NCBI RefSeq assembly: GCF_963853765.1
Contig: NC_088861.1
Span: 29,698,001 to 29,762,000 of the forward strand
Direction: 5' to 3'
Length of the DNA: 64,000 nt
Source: Magallana gigas
Taxonomy: Eukaryota
Shown here: one piece after another, positions 36,287 to 41,831 of the stretch
How positions within the stretch are numbered: the stretch's first letter is position 1
Layout: every line of letters starts with the position of its first letter
Notes under the pieces: model-generated
The model's database searches: none
What the model saw: the letters and a program-made list of their open reading frames with translations, nothing else
What the model was told of the DNA's origin: nothing
Program-made: the position numbers and the translations under genes

Positions 36287-38783
36287 AAAACAAACGACAA
36301 GTTGACCAGGAAATGTGCATCGTCACAACGAACGCGGCATCTTTTTTAAAAATAAAACTGGACCTCTTCCCCATTAAAACTTTTCAGCGAGAACCAGTTA
36401 ACAACCTCATCATAAAGAGTTACGACTGCATATAAAGAAGTTACCACTCCATATAATAAAATGATCACATCATGTAAAGAACTGTCCTCATAATATAATG
36501 ACTCAACGACGGCATATTATAAAATTGTCACATCATATAAAGGATTTACAATTGCATGTAAAGCTTTCACCACAATACATAAAGGTTTTACCACCATACA
36601 TAATGGTTTTAATACACCATAACATGATGTCAGTACTACATATAATGAATTTATCACCTAATATCAAGAAGTTGCACTGCATAAAAGGATTTTGCAACTG
36701 CACATGAAGAGTGTACCATATAGCATAACGATTGAACAATAGTTCATTATGAGTTTAGCTCTGTATGAAATGAGTTAATCATATAATATAAAGATTTATT
36801 CATAGCATATAATGAATAAACTACTGCACATAATGATCTTACGACATAACGTAATAATATTACCACTTCATATAAAGATTTTACCCTTGAATATAATGAT
36901 GAAATAATAGTATATAATGATGTTAGCACTACATAAAATGATGTTATCACTGCATGTAATGATGTTACCACTGCATATAATGATATTACTATTGCATATA
37001 AATGAAATACCAGTTCATATAATATGAAATTGACCTTAAGGCAGCTATGGCATTCCATACGACAGCATAAAATCTTAATGTATCTAATGTATACTTCCTC
37101 AAAGCTCAACTACACTGACACCATCACAATACATGATTAGCTAGAGCAGCATATATATATATATATTGTTTTCAGAATCAAATACATATATACCAATTTC
37201 CTTATACTGCTAAGTGAATCAATATATGTAATTTAGGCATGATTCAGTGTTACCTGTAAATTTTCCAAAATGTTCGTGGCAATGGAGGTACCATAGGAAA
37301 ACCAGGAAGATCCATATGTCTCCTTCTCTTCTTTGGAAATCTGCAAAAACCAAAATCAACATTTCATGAATCAATCCATCACTGTTAAAATCACTTTATA
37401 TTGTAAATTCTTACTTAAACGCGAGGAATTCATATCGGCGTAAAAAATCGTGAGAAGCATCCTTCGCGGATTTTAAAATCTTGCCATTATTTTCTGAGAG
37501 TTGAAAACTATAAGAAATAAGGAGAAAAGTTCAACGTTTGCGAATTTATATTTTCGCGATTTGATACAAACCAGAATTAATGCGGAATTAAGTACTCGCA
37601 TAATATAAGGAATTTACAGTATTGGCCCACAGATTTTCTATTTCTTACCTTCCATTTCTCCTCCAGGGCATCGAGCATCTTCTTTTTCTTGGCTTCTTCA
37701 TATTCTTTCTCTTTTTCCTCATTAAACTGTGGATTAAGAGAGAAGAGATGTGAAAAATTACATGGCATTATTTTTTTTTTATCTATTAGTTAGATGGAGA
37801 TGTAAGGCATTTCTTAGTATTTATTATTAGGTAGATGGAGGTATATTACTGTAACAATAATTCAATGAAAATATTTCCACCTTATAACTTAATATATTTT
37901 TGACACCAAAGCAAGAATTCTACCATACATAAACAACTACTAGTAGTTGTCATGGTTACCTGGGAGTGTTTGACTGGCCCTGCCACCAAGTACAGCCTCT
38001 TCATGGAAATTACCCATGGTTCACTGCTCAGTCGATTCAGGGGAATCTTCAGCTTAATTTTTCCAATGAAACCTATCAAAAGGGTAAAACTATTGCTCAG
38101 ACTCACCAATGCATGTGATTTCAGACAGATGAAAACACTGGTAAACTAAATATACTGTATGATACAAATTTTGCATTTGCGAATTTATGCATGTATTCTC
38201 ATAATTTGATGCTAAACAGTTGAATTGCGGAATAAGTTCTCGCGTAAAATAAGGAATTTACAGTATTCTTATCCTGACTTGCAGTCTATGACAGGGAATT
38301 CTACCTGATTTGACATGCAGCGGAAGGTCCAGGCTGCTCAAGGCATCCCGCTTCAGGGGCAAGTTCTCTAACTCCACATATCCTATGGAACAATCAAAAA
38401 TTAAGATATATTTTAAGTCATTTACATTTAAAATAACAAGCTACCTTTTTGAACTATACATTATATATAGCCTTTTGAAAATGAAACTTTTGATTTTAAA
38501 GCCAATGAAAAATTACACTTTGTGTAAGATGATATTATAAATCATTATAATAATGCCTGAAAGAAAAGAACTTTTATCCAATCATTAATTATCAAGTTTG
38601 ACTTTAATCCAATCAGAAACAAGTTTGACTTTTATCCAATCAGCAGCAAGGTTGACTTTTATCCAATCAGCATCAAGGTTACATACCCTGTAGGAGAGCG
38701 ATTGAGAGCTGTTTTGTGTTGAGATTTTCCACATACTGGCCCACATAGGTGTTCAGGAGGTACGCTGCTAGTCCCTCCAACAT
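25..38783 (-). CDS. VPS13D: VPS13D (bulk lipid transport protein), 53 coding exons in window, 3' end beyond position 1
   Basis: N-terminus [33 protein letters not shown] matches the VPS13D chorein start; internal UBA domain ([15 protein letters not shown]...EAALWL) is diagnostic of the D paralogue; VAB-type motifs ([28 protein letters not shown]); all exons join in phase (sum 10,364 nt). Confidence 0.95.
439..492 (-). CDS. VPS13D: VPS13D coding exon 52
   Basis: [18 protein letters not shown]; AG/GT, phase 2-2. Confidence 0.88.
645..855. mobile_element. Tc1/mariner-type MITE
   Basis: TA-CTGTATACAGGG...CCCAGGATACAG-TA inverted ends with TA flanks; degenerate relative at ~22375-22597. Confidence 0.65.
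1123..1289 (-). CDS. VPS13D: VPS13D coding exon 51
   Basis: [17 protein letters not shown]...[21 protein letters not shown]; AG/GT. Confidence 0.94.
1758..1946 (-). CDS. VPS13D: VPS13D coding exon 50
   Basis: [13 protein letters not shown]...[13 protein letters not shown]; AG/GT. Confidence 0.92.
2390..2591 (-). CDS. VPS13D: VPS13D coding exon 49
   Basis: [11 protein letters not shown]...[22 protein letters not shown]; AG/GT. Confidence 0.93.
2884..3088 (-). CDS. VPS13D: VPS13D coding exon 48
   Basis: [25 protein letters not shown]...IHWQNV; AG/GT. Confidence 0.9.
3239..3413 (-). CDS. VPS13D: VPS13D coding exon 47
   Basis: [30 protein letters not shown]; AG/GT. Confidence 0.92.
3605..4020. 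repeat. 62-bp minisatellite (about 7 copies) containing the exon 46 3' end and donor
   Basis: TACTTAC-type anchors at ~3618, 3680, 3738, 3800, 3862, 3924, 3986. Confidence 0.9.
3993..4133 (-). CDS. VPS13D: VPS13D coding exon 46
   Basis: [33 protein letters not shown]; donor GGG|gtaagt. Confidence 0.92.
4411..4531 (-). CDS. VPS13D: VPS13D coding exon 45
   Basis: [25 protein letters not shown]; AG/GT. Confidence 0.9.
4844..4987 (-). CDS. VPS13D: VPS13D coding exon 44
   Basis: [23 protein letters not shown]; AG/GT. Confidence 0.92.
5534..5700. mobile_element. Degenerate MITE (Tc1/mariner-like)
   Basis: ACAGTTGAACTTCGATATCTCGAA...GAGATAACGAAGTTTG imperfect inverted ends. Confidence 0.45.
5733..5829 (-). 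CDS. VPS13D: VPS13D coding exon 43
   Basis: [28 protein letters not shown]; AG/GT. Confidence 0.9.
6150..6214 (-). CDS. VPS13D: VPS13D coding exon 42
   Basis: [21 protein letters not shown]; AG/GT, phase 2-1. Confidence 0.85.
6676..6875 (-). CDS. VPS13D: VPS13D coding exon 41
   Basis: [18 protein letters not shown]...[19 protein letters not shown]; AG/GT. Confidence 0.93.
7040..7215. repeat. About 50-bp degenerate tandem (3 copies) containing the exon 40 3' end and donor
   Basis: ATCTA anchors at 7086, 7136, 7186. Confidence 0.75.
7186..7358 (-). CDS. VPS13D: VPS13D coding exon 40 (UBA domain)
   Basis: [37 protein letters not shown]; donor GAT|gtaagt. Confidence 0.92.
7740..7872 (-). CDS. 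VPS13D: VPS13D coding exon 39
   Basis: [28 protein letters not shown]; AG/GT. Confidence 0.9.
8166..8405 (-). CDS. VPS13D: VPS13D coding exon 38
   Basis: STAILNFRP...LEVFSCSL...ETAQSIIDP; AG/GT. Confidence 0.92.
8698..8796 (-). CDS. VPS13D: VPS13D coding exon 37
   Basis: [33 protein letters not shown]; AG/GT. Confidence 0.9.
9206..9345 (-). CDS. VPS13D: VPS13D coding exon 36
   Basis: KEVASHDVE...[14 protein letters not shown]; AG/GT. Confidence 0.88.
9740..9964 (-). CDS. VPS13D: VPS13D coding exon 35
   Basis: [11 protein letters not shown]...FQLELHYR...[22 protein letters not shown]; AG/GT. Confidence 0.92.
10232..10460 (-). CDS. VPS13D: VPS13D coding exon 34
   Basis: [25 protein letters not shown]...SLAKLDF...DTRF; AG/GT. 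Confidence 0.92.
11035..11274 (-). CDS. VPS13D: VPS13D coding exon 33
   Basis: [49 protein letters not shown]; AG/GT. Confidence 0.93.
11379..11561. mobile_element. Tc1/mariner-type MITE
   Basis: TACAGTAAAACACGGTTATA...CGTTATAAGCGTG..CTGTA inverted ends, TA flanks. Confidence 0.55.
11810..12598 (-). CDS. VPS13D: VPS13D coding exon 32 (probable GC donor)
   Basis: [39 protein letters not shown]...; phase-0 donor CAG|gcaagt. Confidence 0.87.
12918..13098 (-). CDS. VPS13D: VPS13D coding exon 31
   Basis: [32 protein letters not shown]...[11 protein letters not shown]; AG/GT. Confidence 0.93.
13448..13700 (-). CDS. VPS13D: VPS13D coding exon 30
   Basis: [20 protein letters not shown]...[20 protein letters not shown]; AG/GT. 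Confidence 0.92.
13981..14228. repeat. 44-bp minisatellite (6 copies) containing the exon 29 3' end and donor
   Basis: GACACTTACTGGTAAGCGGGAGGCTGAC copies start at 13981, 14025, 14069, 14113, 14157, 14201. Confidence 0.95.
14210..14369 (-). CDS. VPS13D: VPS13D coding exon 29
   Basis: [31 protein letters not shown]; donor A|gtaagt. Confidence 0.9.
14420..14642. repeat. 32-bp minisatellite (about 7 copies) containing the exon 28 3' end and donor
   Basis: Unit ACATACCCTGTCATATTTCTCTGTGTTTTGAC. Confidence 0.92.
14625..14775 (-). CDS. VPS13D: VPS13D coding exon 28
   Basis: [10 protein letters not shown]...[23 protein letters not shown]; donor AGG|gtatgt. Confidence 0.9.
15068..17392 (+). mobile_element. 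Non-autonomous Helentron (HINE) carrying a ~166-bp Cg170/HindIII-like satellite array and a (GACG/GACA)n microsatellite
   Basis: 5' AACAAGAGGCCCATGGGCCACATCGCTCACCTG; about 12 tandem units (GGGCCCCAG at ~16491, 16657, 16824, 16990; AAGCTT sites); microsatellite 17277-17340; 3' stem-loop GCTCACTTGAACC-TTC-GGTTCAGGTGAGC. Confidence 0.88.
17644..19384 (-). CDS. VPS13D: VPS13D coding exon 27 (large, 1,741 nt)
   Basis: Covers ORF 17640..19370; [11 protein letters not shown]...[29 protein letters not shown]; acceptor acag| at 19385, donor GG|gtaagg. Confidence 0.93.
19445..19669. mobile_element. Tc1/mariner-type MITE
   Basis: TA-CTGTGGAATC...GATTCCACAG-TA; same family at 57927-58149. Confidence 0.75.
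19910..20048 (-). CDS. VPS13D: VPS13D coding exon 26
   Basis: [19 protein letters not shown]...[17 protein letters not shown]; AG/GT. Confidence 0.88.
20245..20378 (-). CDS. VPS13D: VPS13D coding exon 25 (3' boundary uncertain)
   Basis: [18 protein letters not shown]...; a phase-0 donor is required by exon 26; best candidate ATG|gtagag is weak. Confidence 0.7.
20768..21132 (-). CDS. VPS13D: VPS13D coding exon 24
   Basis: [16 protein letters not shown]...[12 protein letters not shown]; AG/GT. Confidence 0.9.
21437..21718 (-). CDS. VPS13D: VPS13D coding exon 23
   Basis: [22 protein letters not shown]...[24 protein letters not shown]; AG/GT. Confidence 0.93.
22166..22323 (-). CDS. VPS13D: VPS13D coding exon 22
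   Basis: [14 protein letters not shown]...ISDGDS; AG/GT. Confidence 0.87.
22942..23032 (-). CDS. VPS13D: VPS13D coding exon 21
   Basis: [30 protein letters not shown]; AG/GT. Confidence 0.9.
23573..23704 (-). CDS. VPS13D: VPS13D coding exon 20
   Basis: [21 protein letters not shown]...[13 protein letters not shown]; AG/GT. Confidence 0.92.
23835..24198. mobile_element. Non-autonomous repeat with 141-bp internal palindrome (possibly Crypton-like)
   Basis: Near-perfect arms 23835-23975 around a CGCGAAGCG loop; TTGTTATAC / GTATAACAA inverted motifs at ~23978 and ~24189. Confidence 0.6.
24555..24699 (-). CDS. VPS13D: VPS13D coding exon 19
   Basis: [13 protein letters not shown]...LYDRLYER; AG/GT. 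Confidence 0.9.
25018..25192 (-). CDS. VPS13D: VPS13D coding exon 18
   Basis: [22 protein letters not shown]...VLDLGHVHF; AG/GT. Confidence 0.92.
25525..25616 (-). CDS. VPS13D: VPS13D coding exon 17
   Basis: [31 protein letters not shown]; AG/GT. Confidence 0.9.
26085..26206 (-). CDS. VPS13D: VPS13D coding exon 16
   Basis: [24 protein letters not shown]; AG/GT. Confidence 0.9.
26300..26460. repeat. AT-rich degenerate repeat (ATTTCACAT-like units)
   Basis: Repeated AAATTCACATGAA / ATTTCACATTAA. Confidence 0.6.
26637..26791 (-). CDS. VPS13D: VPS13D coding exon 15
   Basis: ERILTLAK...[18 protein letters not shown]; AG/GT. Confidence 0.88.
26977..27155 (-). CDS. VPS13D: VPS13D coding exon 14
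   Basis: [39 protein letters not shown]; AG/GT. Confidence 0.9.
27418..27564 (-). CDS. VPS13D: VPS13D coding exon 13
   Basis: [35 protein letters not shown]; AG/GT. Confidence 0.9.
27833..28031 (-). CDS. VPS13D: VPS13D coding exon 12
   Basis: VPEPEK...[15 protein letters not shown]...NNEDL; AG/GT. Confidence 0.9.
28275..28376 (-). CDS. VPS13D: VPS13D coding exon 11
   Basis: [34 protein letters not shown]; AG/GT. Confidence 0.88.
28422..28660. repeat. Intronic direct duplication of ~120 bp
   Basis: ATGTATAAAATCAATATAAAATTCATTGTT starts at ~28426 and ~28547. Confidence 0.75.
28769..28937 (-). CDS. VPS13D: VPS13D coding exon 10
   Basis: [20 protein letters not shown]...LSPADT; AG/GT. Confidence 0.9.
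29249..29490 (-). CDS. VPS13D: VPS13D coding exon 9
   Basis: [18 protein letters not shown]...[10 protein letters not shown]; AG/GT. Confidence 0.92.
29707..29757 (-). CDS. VPS13D: VPS13D coding exon 8
   Basis: [17 protein letters not shown]; 51-nt phase 0-0 exon, AG/GT. Confidence 0.8.
30104..30223 (-). CDS. VPS13D: VPS13D coding exon 7
   Basis: [40 protein letters not shown]; AG/GT. Confidence 0.9.
30580..30696 (-). CDS. VPS13D: VPS13D coding exon 6
   Basis: [39 protein letters not shown]; AG/GT. Confidence 0.92.
31112..33178 (+). mobile_element. Head-to-tail dimer of a non-autonomous Helentron-type element inserted in the left foldback arm
   Basis: 5' hairpin AAGGTCTTCCG...CGGAAGACCTT; near-identical 3' ends CGGAAGACCTA-CTCGTTAC-TC-GTAACGAG...TCTAGTT at ~31.9 kb and ~33.17 kb; TT insertion site restored by comparison with the right arm. 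Confidence 0.8.
34011..34699. mobile_element. MITE with 3-bp CAG TSD (PIF/Harbinger-like)
   Basis: TIR GCTCCGGGATCATGAAACTGTCTTAAAT; CAG at 34008-34010 and 34700-34702; empty site TACCAGGTA is palindromic. Confidence 0.8.
35005..35214. mobile_element. GC-rich MITE with poly-G/poly-C tracts (CATGCGCGGATC family, degenerate)
   Basis: Similar to copies at 51304-51494 and 58664-58841. Confidence 0.55.
35595..35692. mobile_element. 98-bp fully palindromic mini-MITE with 9-bp TSD
   Basis: TAGCTGCAGATCTGTAGCTCTCTGGTT...AACCAGAGAGCTACAGATCTGCAGCTA; AAACATTTG at 35586-35594 and 35693-35701. Confidence 0.85.
36226..36283. repeat. (CT)n microsatellite, inverted counterpart of (GA)n at ~33810-33832
   Basis: Dinucleotide run within the foldback TIRs. 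Confidence 0.95.
37254..37340 (-). CDS. VPS13D: VPS13D coding exon 5
   Basis: [29 protein letters not shown]; AG/GT. Confidence 0.9.
37399..37621. mobile_element. Tc1/mariner-type MITE
   Basis: TATTGTAAATTCTTA...TAAGGAATTTACAGTA; partial copy at ~38155-38265. Confidence 0.6.
37649..37726 (-). CDS. VPS13D: VPS13D coding exon 4
   Basis: [26 protein letters not shown]; AG/GT. Confidence 0.9.
37960..38072 (-). CDS. VPS13D: VPS13D coding exon 3
   Basis: [37 protein letters not shown]; AG/GT. Confidence 0.92.
38305..38382 (-). CDS. VPS13D: VPS13D coding exon 2
   Basis: [26 protein letters not shown]; AG/GT, phase 1-1. Confidence 0.92.
38570..38680. repeat. 27-bp tandem repeat with CCAATCAG cores, next to the exon 1 donor
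   Basis: CCAAT at 38578, 38609, 38636, 38663. Confidence 0.8.
38687..38783 (-). CDS. VPS13D: VPS13D coding exon 1 (ATG at 38783; acceptor at 38791-38792 implies an upstream UTR exon)
   Basis: [33 protein letters not shown]; donor G|gtatgt. Confidence 0.93.
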
Positions 38784-39608
38784 GTCTCACCTGAATAAAT
38801 AAAACAGAAGGCATTTCAAAAGGACAGCACAGTCTTTTTTTTAATTAAAAATGAGATTTTTTCAAATTATCTTTTTCAAAATACAGTCATACATGCATTA
38901 CATATATGGAAGCAAACTATAATTTAATAGTAAAATATTTAGCTCAAACTAAATGACTGGTTTTTGTCATGAACATGATAAAGGTTACAAAATTTGCATA
39001 ATAATATGAGCATGAAGTTGACACATGTTATATCACATAACCTCATAAAGGCAATAATTTACCACTTCTGACATTCTGATGCTAAACCAAAATAATGATT
39101 TGAAAAAATTTCTTTCTGCAAATTTGAGTTTCACCCAAAAATGGATTTGTGTTCAAACAGAAAAGAAACAATTGGTTCAAAGGTGCAGCAGTCAGCTGCC
39201 ACTGAAGCAACAAGTGTTGCTGAATCAAGGTTGCACTGCTCACCCACAAAAAGCCACAGATAACCATAAGGAACCACATCTGTTTATAAACAACAGGAAA
39301 GGTCACTTGAGATGTTTTTAAGTAAAAGAGTCACATCCTAAATAATAATTTGACAGCAATTCTTGAACCTCTGAGGCAAGCTTTGCTGCACCTGAACATT
39401 TCATTCTGTCAAAATTCAGCAGCCATTTTGAAAGCCATGTCTGTTTTAGCAAAATTTTGTCAACAACTATCAATTTCAACAATAACATACACAAAGGTAT
39501 GAATTCTTGTATGGAAAATGATACTCTGTAAAATAGCACAGGACTATTAACACACACAAAAAGCAAATAATGTTGTATGTAAAAAGCATAATTATAAAAA
39601 ATTCTGAC

Positions 39609-40133
39609 CTTATTTTGCCTTGATACTTTACTTCCAGTGAAATCATGCAACAATGCAATTTGATCATCCTCTTCCTCTGACAAAGTCATAGTCATGAACC
39701 ATGTGCGTAAAATTGCCAATTCTCCATCAACATTGTATTTTATCAGTTTCAAATTCATGAAAATCATCATCATTCATGCATTCACTGTATCATATGAAAG
39801 CTTTGCATCATTTTTTAATGCTGCAGTCAATTGGCATGCTTTTAACAGCTTAATGATAATCAAAAGTTCAAGGCCTAAGAAGGGTTGAACCCAGTTTGCA
39901 AAAAAAAATTTGGTTAAAAATAGTGTGCAGGTTGCAATTGTTCACCATTCATTTTCGTGGTCGAGTTCAAATAAGGTACAAGTACTGTATGTAAGACCAT
40001 ATTCAATACAATGGTCTAATAAATAATTTTCAATGTCTGCAGTAAGGAAGTAGGATTCCAAATCCATGTTTATCAAAATGAGCCCTGCAAGATTTTGTAT
40101 CAGTGGCTGATTAGTAATGCAACTCATCTGCAT
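39609..40133 (-). pseudogene. Decayed coding-like frame of unknown family
   Basis: About 175 codons in one frame with only two stops (both TGA) in AT-rich DNA, ending at donor-like AAG|gtcaga; nearby exon-like pieces at ~39.1-39.3 kb and ~40.4-40.5 kb; no family recognised. Confidence 0.3.
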
Positions 40134-41831
40134 GCAGCCAGTGGCATCTCATGATCAAGGATATCTTTGAGCTCTATTGGTCAATCTTAGCAAGATTACC
40201 AAATGAATATTACATATCGTAAATTTCAATTTTCTGGTGGATGTATTACAAATATACTTAGTCTAATAACTCAAAATTTCCTGTTTTATTCAGACAGAAA
40301 ACAATTTTGAATCATAAGAGACAAATTCTTTTATAAACAGCAGTAATTGTGTATGAATGTACACATTGCATAAAACATTTGGAAAGAAAAATAAAACAAA
40401 GAAAGATGGACAGGTAAACATAAACTCAACAGAGAAGTCATCAATCAAGAAAGTATATGGATGTCTTATGAGCAATGGTTCATCGGCAAAAAGATTCATC
40501 ATAGCCTGGCAGCTGTGTAATGACTGAGTCAAATCCAGTCAATGATTATATCATATTACCTATAGCTAGCTCATCTTGACCATTTATTAAAGCTTATCTT
40601 TGCAATTGGACATCTGGACAGCAGATGACCGAGACTCAGTATATTCATGCATCCATAGTTAATATTGAATAAAATGTTACGAATGAGAGGCAACACAACA
40701 AATGTTGGAATGTTTAACTTATAAATTTTACCAGCCCCCCCCCCCCCCCTCCCCCCCCCCCAAAAAAAAAAATAAAATAAATCATACCTGTAATAATGTG
40801 TCTGTCTTTTCATACAACATGTATTGAATGACAATTAAATATGTACTATGCTGTGACAGTAAATGTATTCCAAGATTTTAACACTCTAGCAGGGATACAG
40901 AGTTGCAACATACAGTATGAAATCTATATGAAACTGATTAAGCAATTAAATTTACATCATTTATTGATTGTCTACTCACAACCCCCCTCCCTCAAATGTT
41001 TACTGGTTTTGGAATTGAATTTGGGAAAGTTATAACTAATGTTCATCTAAAATGGGTGGTAAGTCTCATTGGTATCAAGGCCAACTTTCACTTACATAGT
41101 CAAGGTGAACTTTTAACAAACTCAAATTGCAACACGCAGTACATATAGTTACAGGTATAAAGACTATATTGCTGTGCAAACTCTGCAATGATAATACATG
41201 TACAACCATCTATAATTATTCCACAAAACTGATCAACATTTCATTTTCCACCCTACATGTGGGAAGCAAAAATGTTACAGGTATTTTTGGGAGCATGTAT
41301 ATGTAATATACAAATAAAAAGGCAAATTTTATTTTTCCTCTATTAAATTAAACAGTGAGATTTCATTCATAAATGTTCTTCCATGATCAGAATTGAAGAA
41401 AAAATGCTTGGTTTCTCAATTTCATTATTAGAGACACAAATATAAATAATATATTAAGCTTTTAATTGGATCCACTCACAGATTTACCATTATATTAAAA
41501 CAGGAGAAGAAAGAAATCTTACTTTTCAATTTGTTTCTATGTCATACAACCTATTTGAAAACAATTATGCAAAAAATGAGTGAATTTTTCTCAATCTACA
41601 TGTAACTAATACTGTGCAAAATGAGAAATTTCAACAAACTCCGCTTTCTTAAATTTTAAATGTCAAAATTAATTAACATTAACTGTCTACCATTTAGTTA
41701 CTGAACATCTTGATATTCGTAGCACTAAATGTATGAAACTGTTTATGTCTTTAAAGATAGTCATTGTTCCGATGGCAAGTATTACACAAATGTGTTAAGT
41801 CAGACTTAATCAAAGAAATGTCTAATTTTCC

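Larger units (their letters stand above)
30948..37059. mobile_element. Foldback-type TIR element (TIRs ~930 bp with ~21-bp subrepeats), 6-bp TSD CGACAG, several nested insertions
   Basis: TATGGAACGCCATAGCTGCC at 30948 and its reverse complement ending at 37059; CGACAG at 30942-30947 and 37060-37065; arms 30948-31111 plus 33179-33958 versus 36130-37059, including (GA)n/(CT)n counterparts. Confidence 0.88.

Noticed and set aside
30931-37109. ORFs 30931..31242, 33356..33597, 36498..36739, 36747..37109
   Set aside because: Translations of ~21-bp subrepeats in the foldback TIRs; low-complexity and mirrored on both arms; no transposase motifs.
39609-40133. Selenoprotein read-through (both stops are TGA)
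   Set aside because: No SECIS recognised, no Cys-like context, no family match; decay is more parsimonious.
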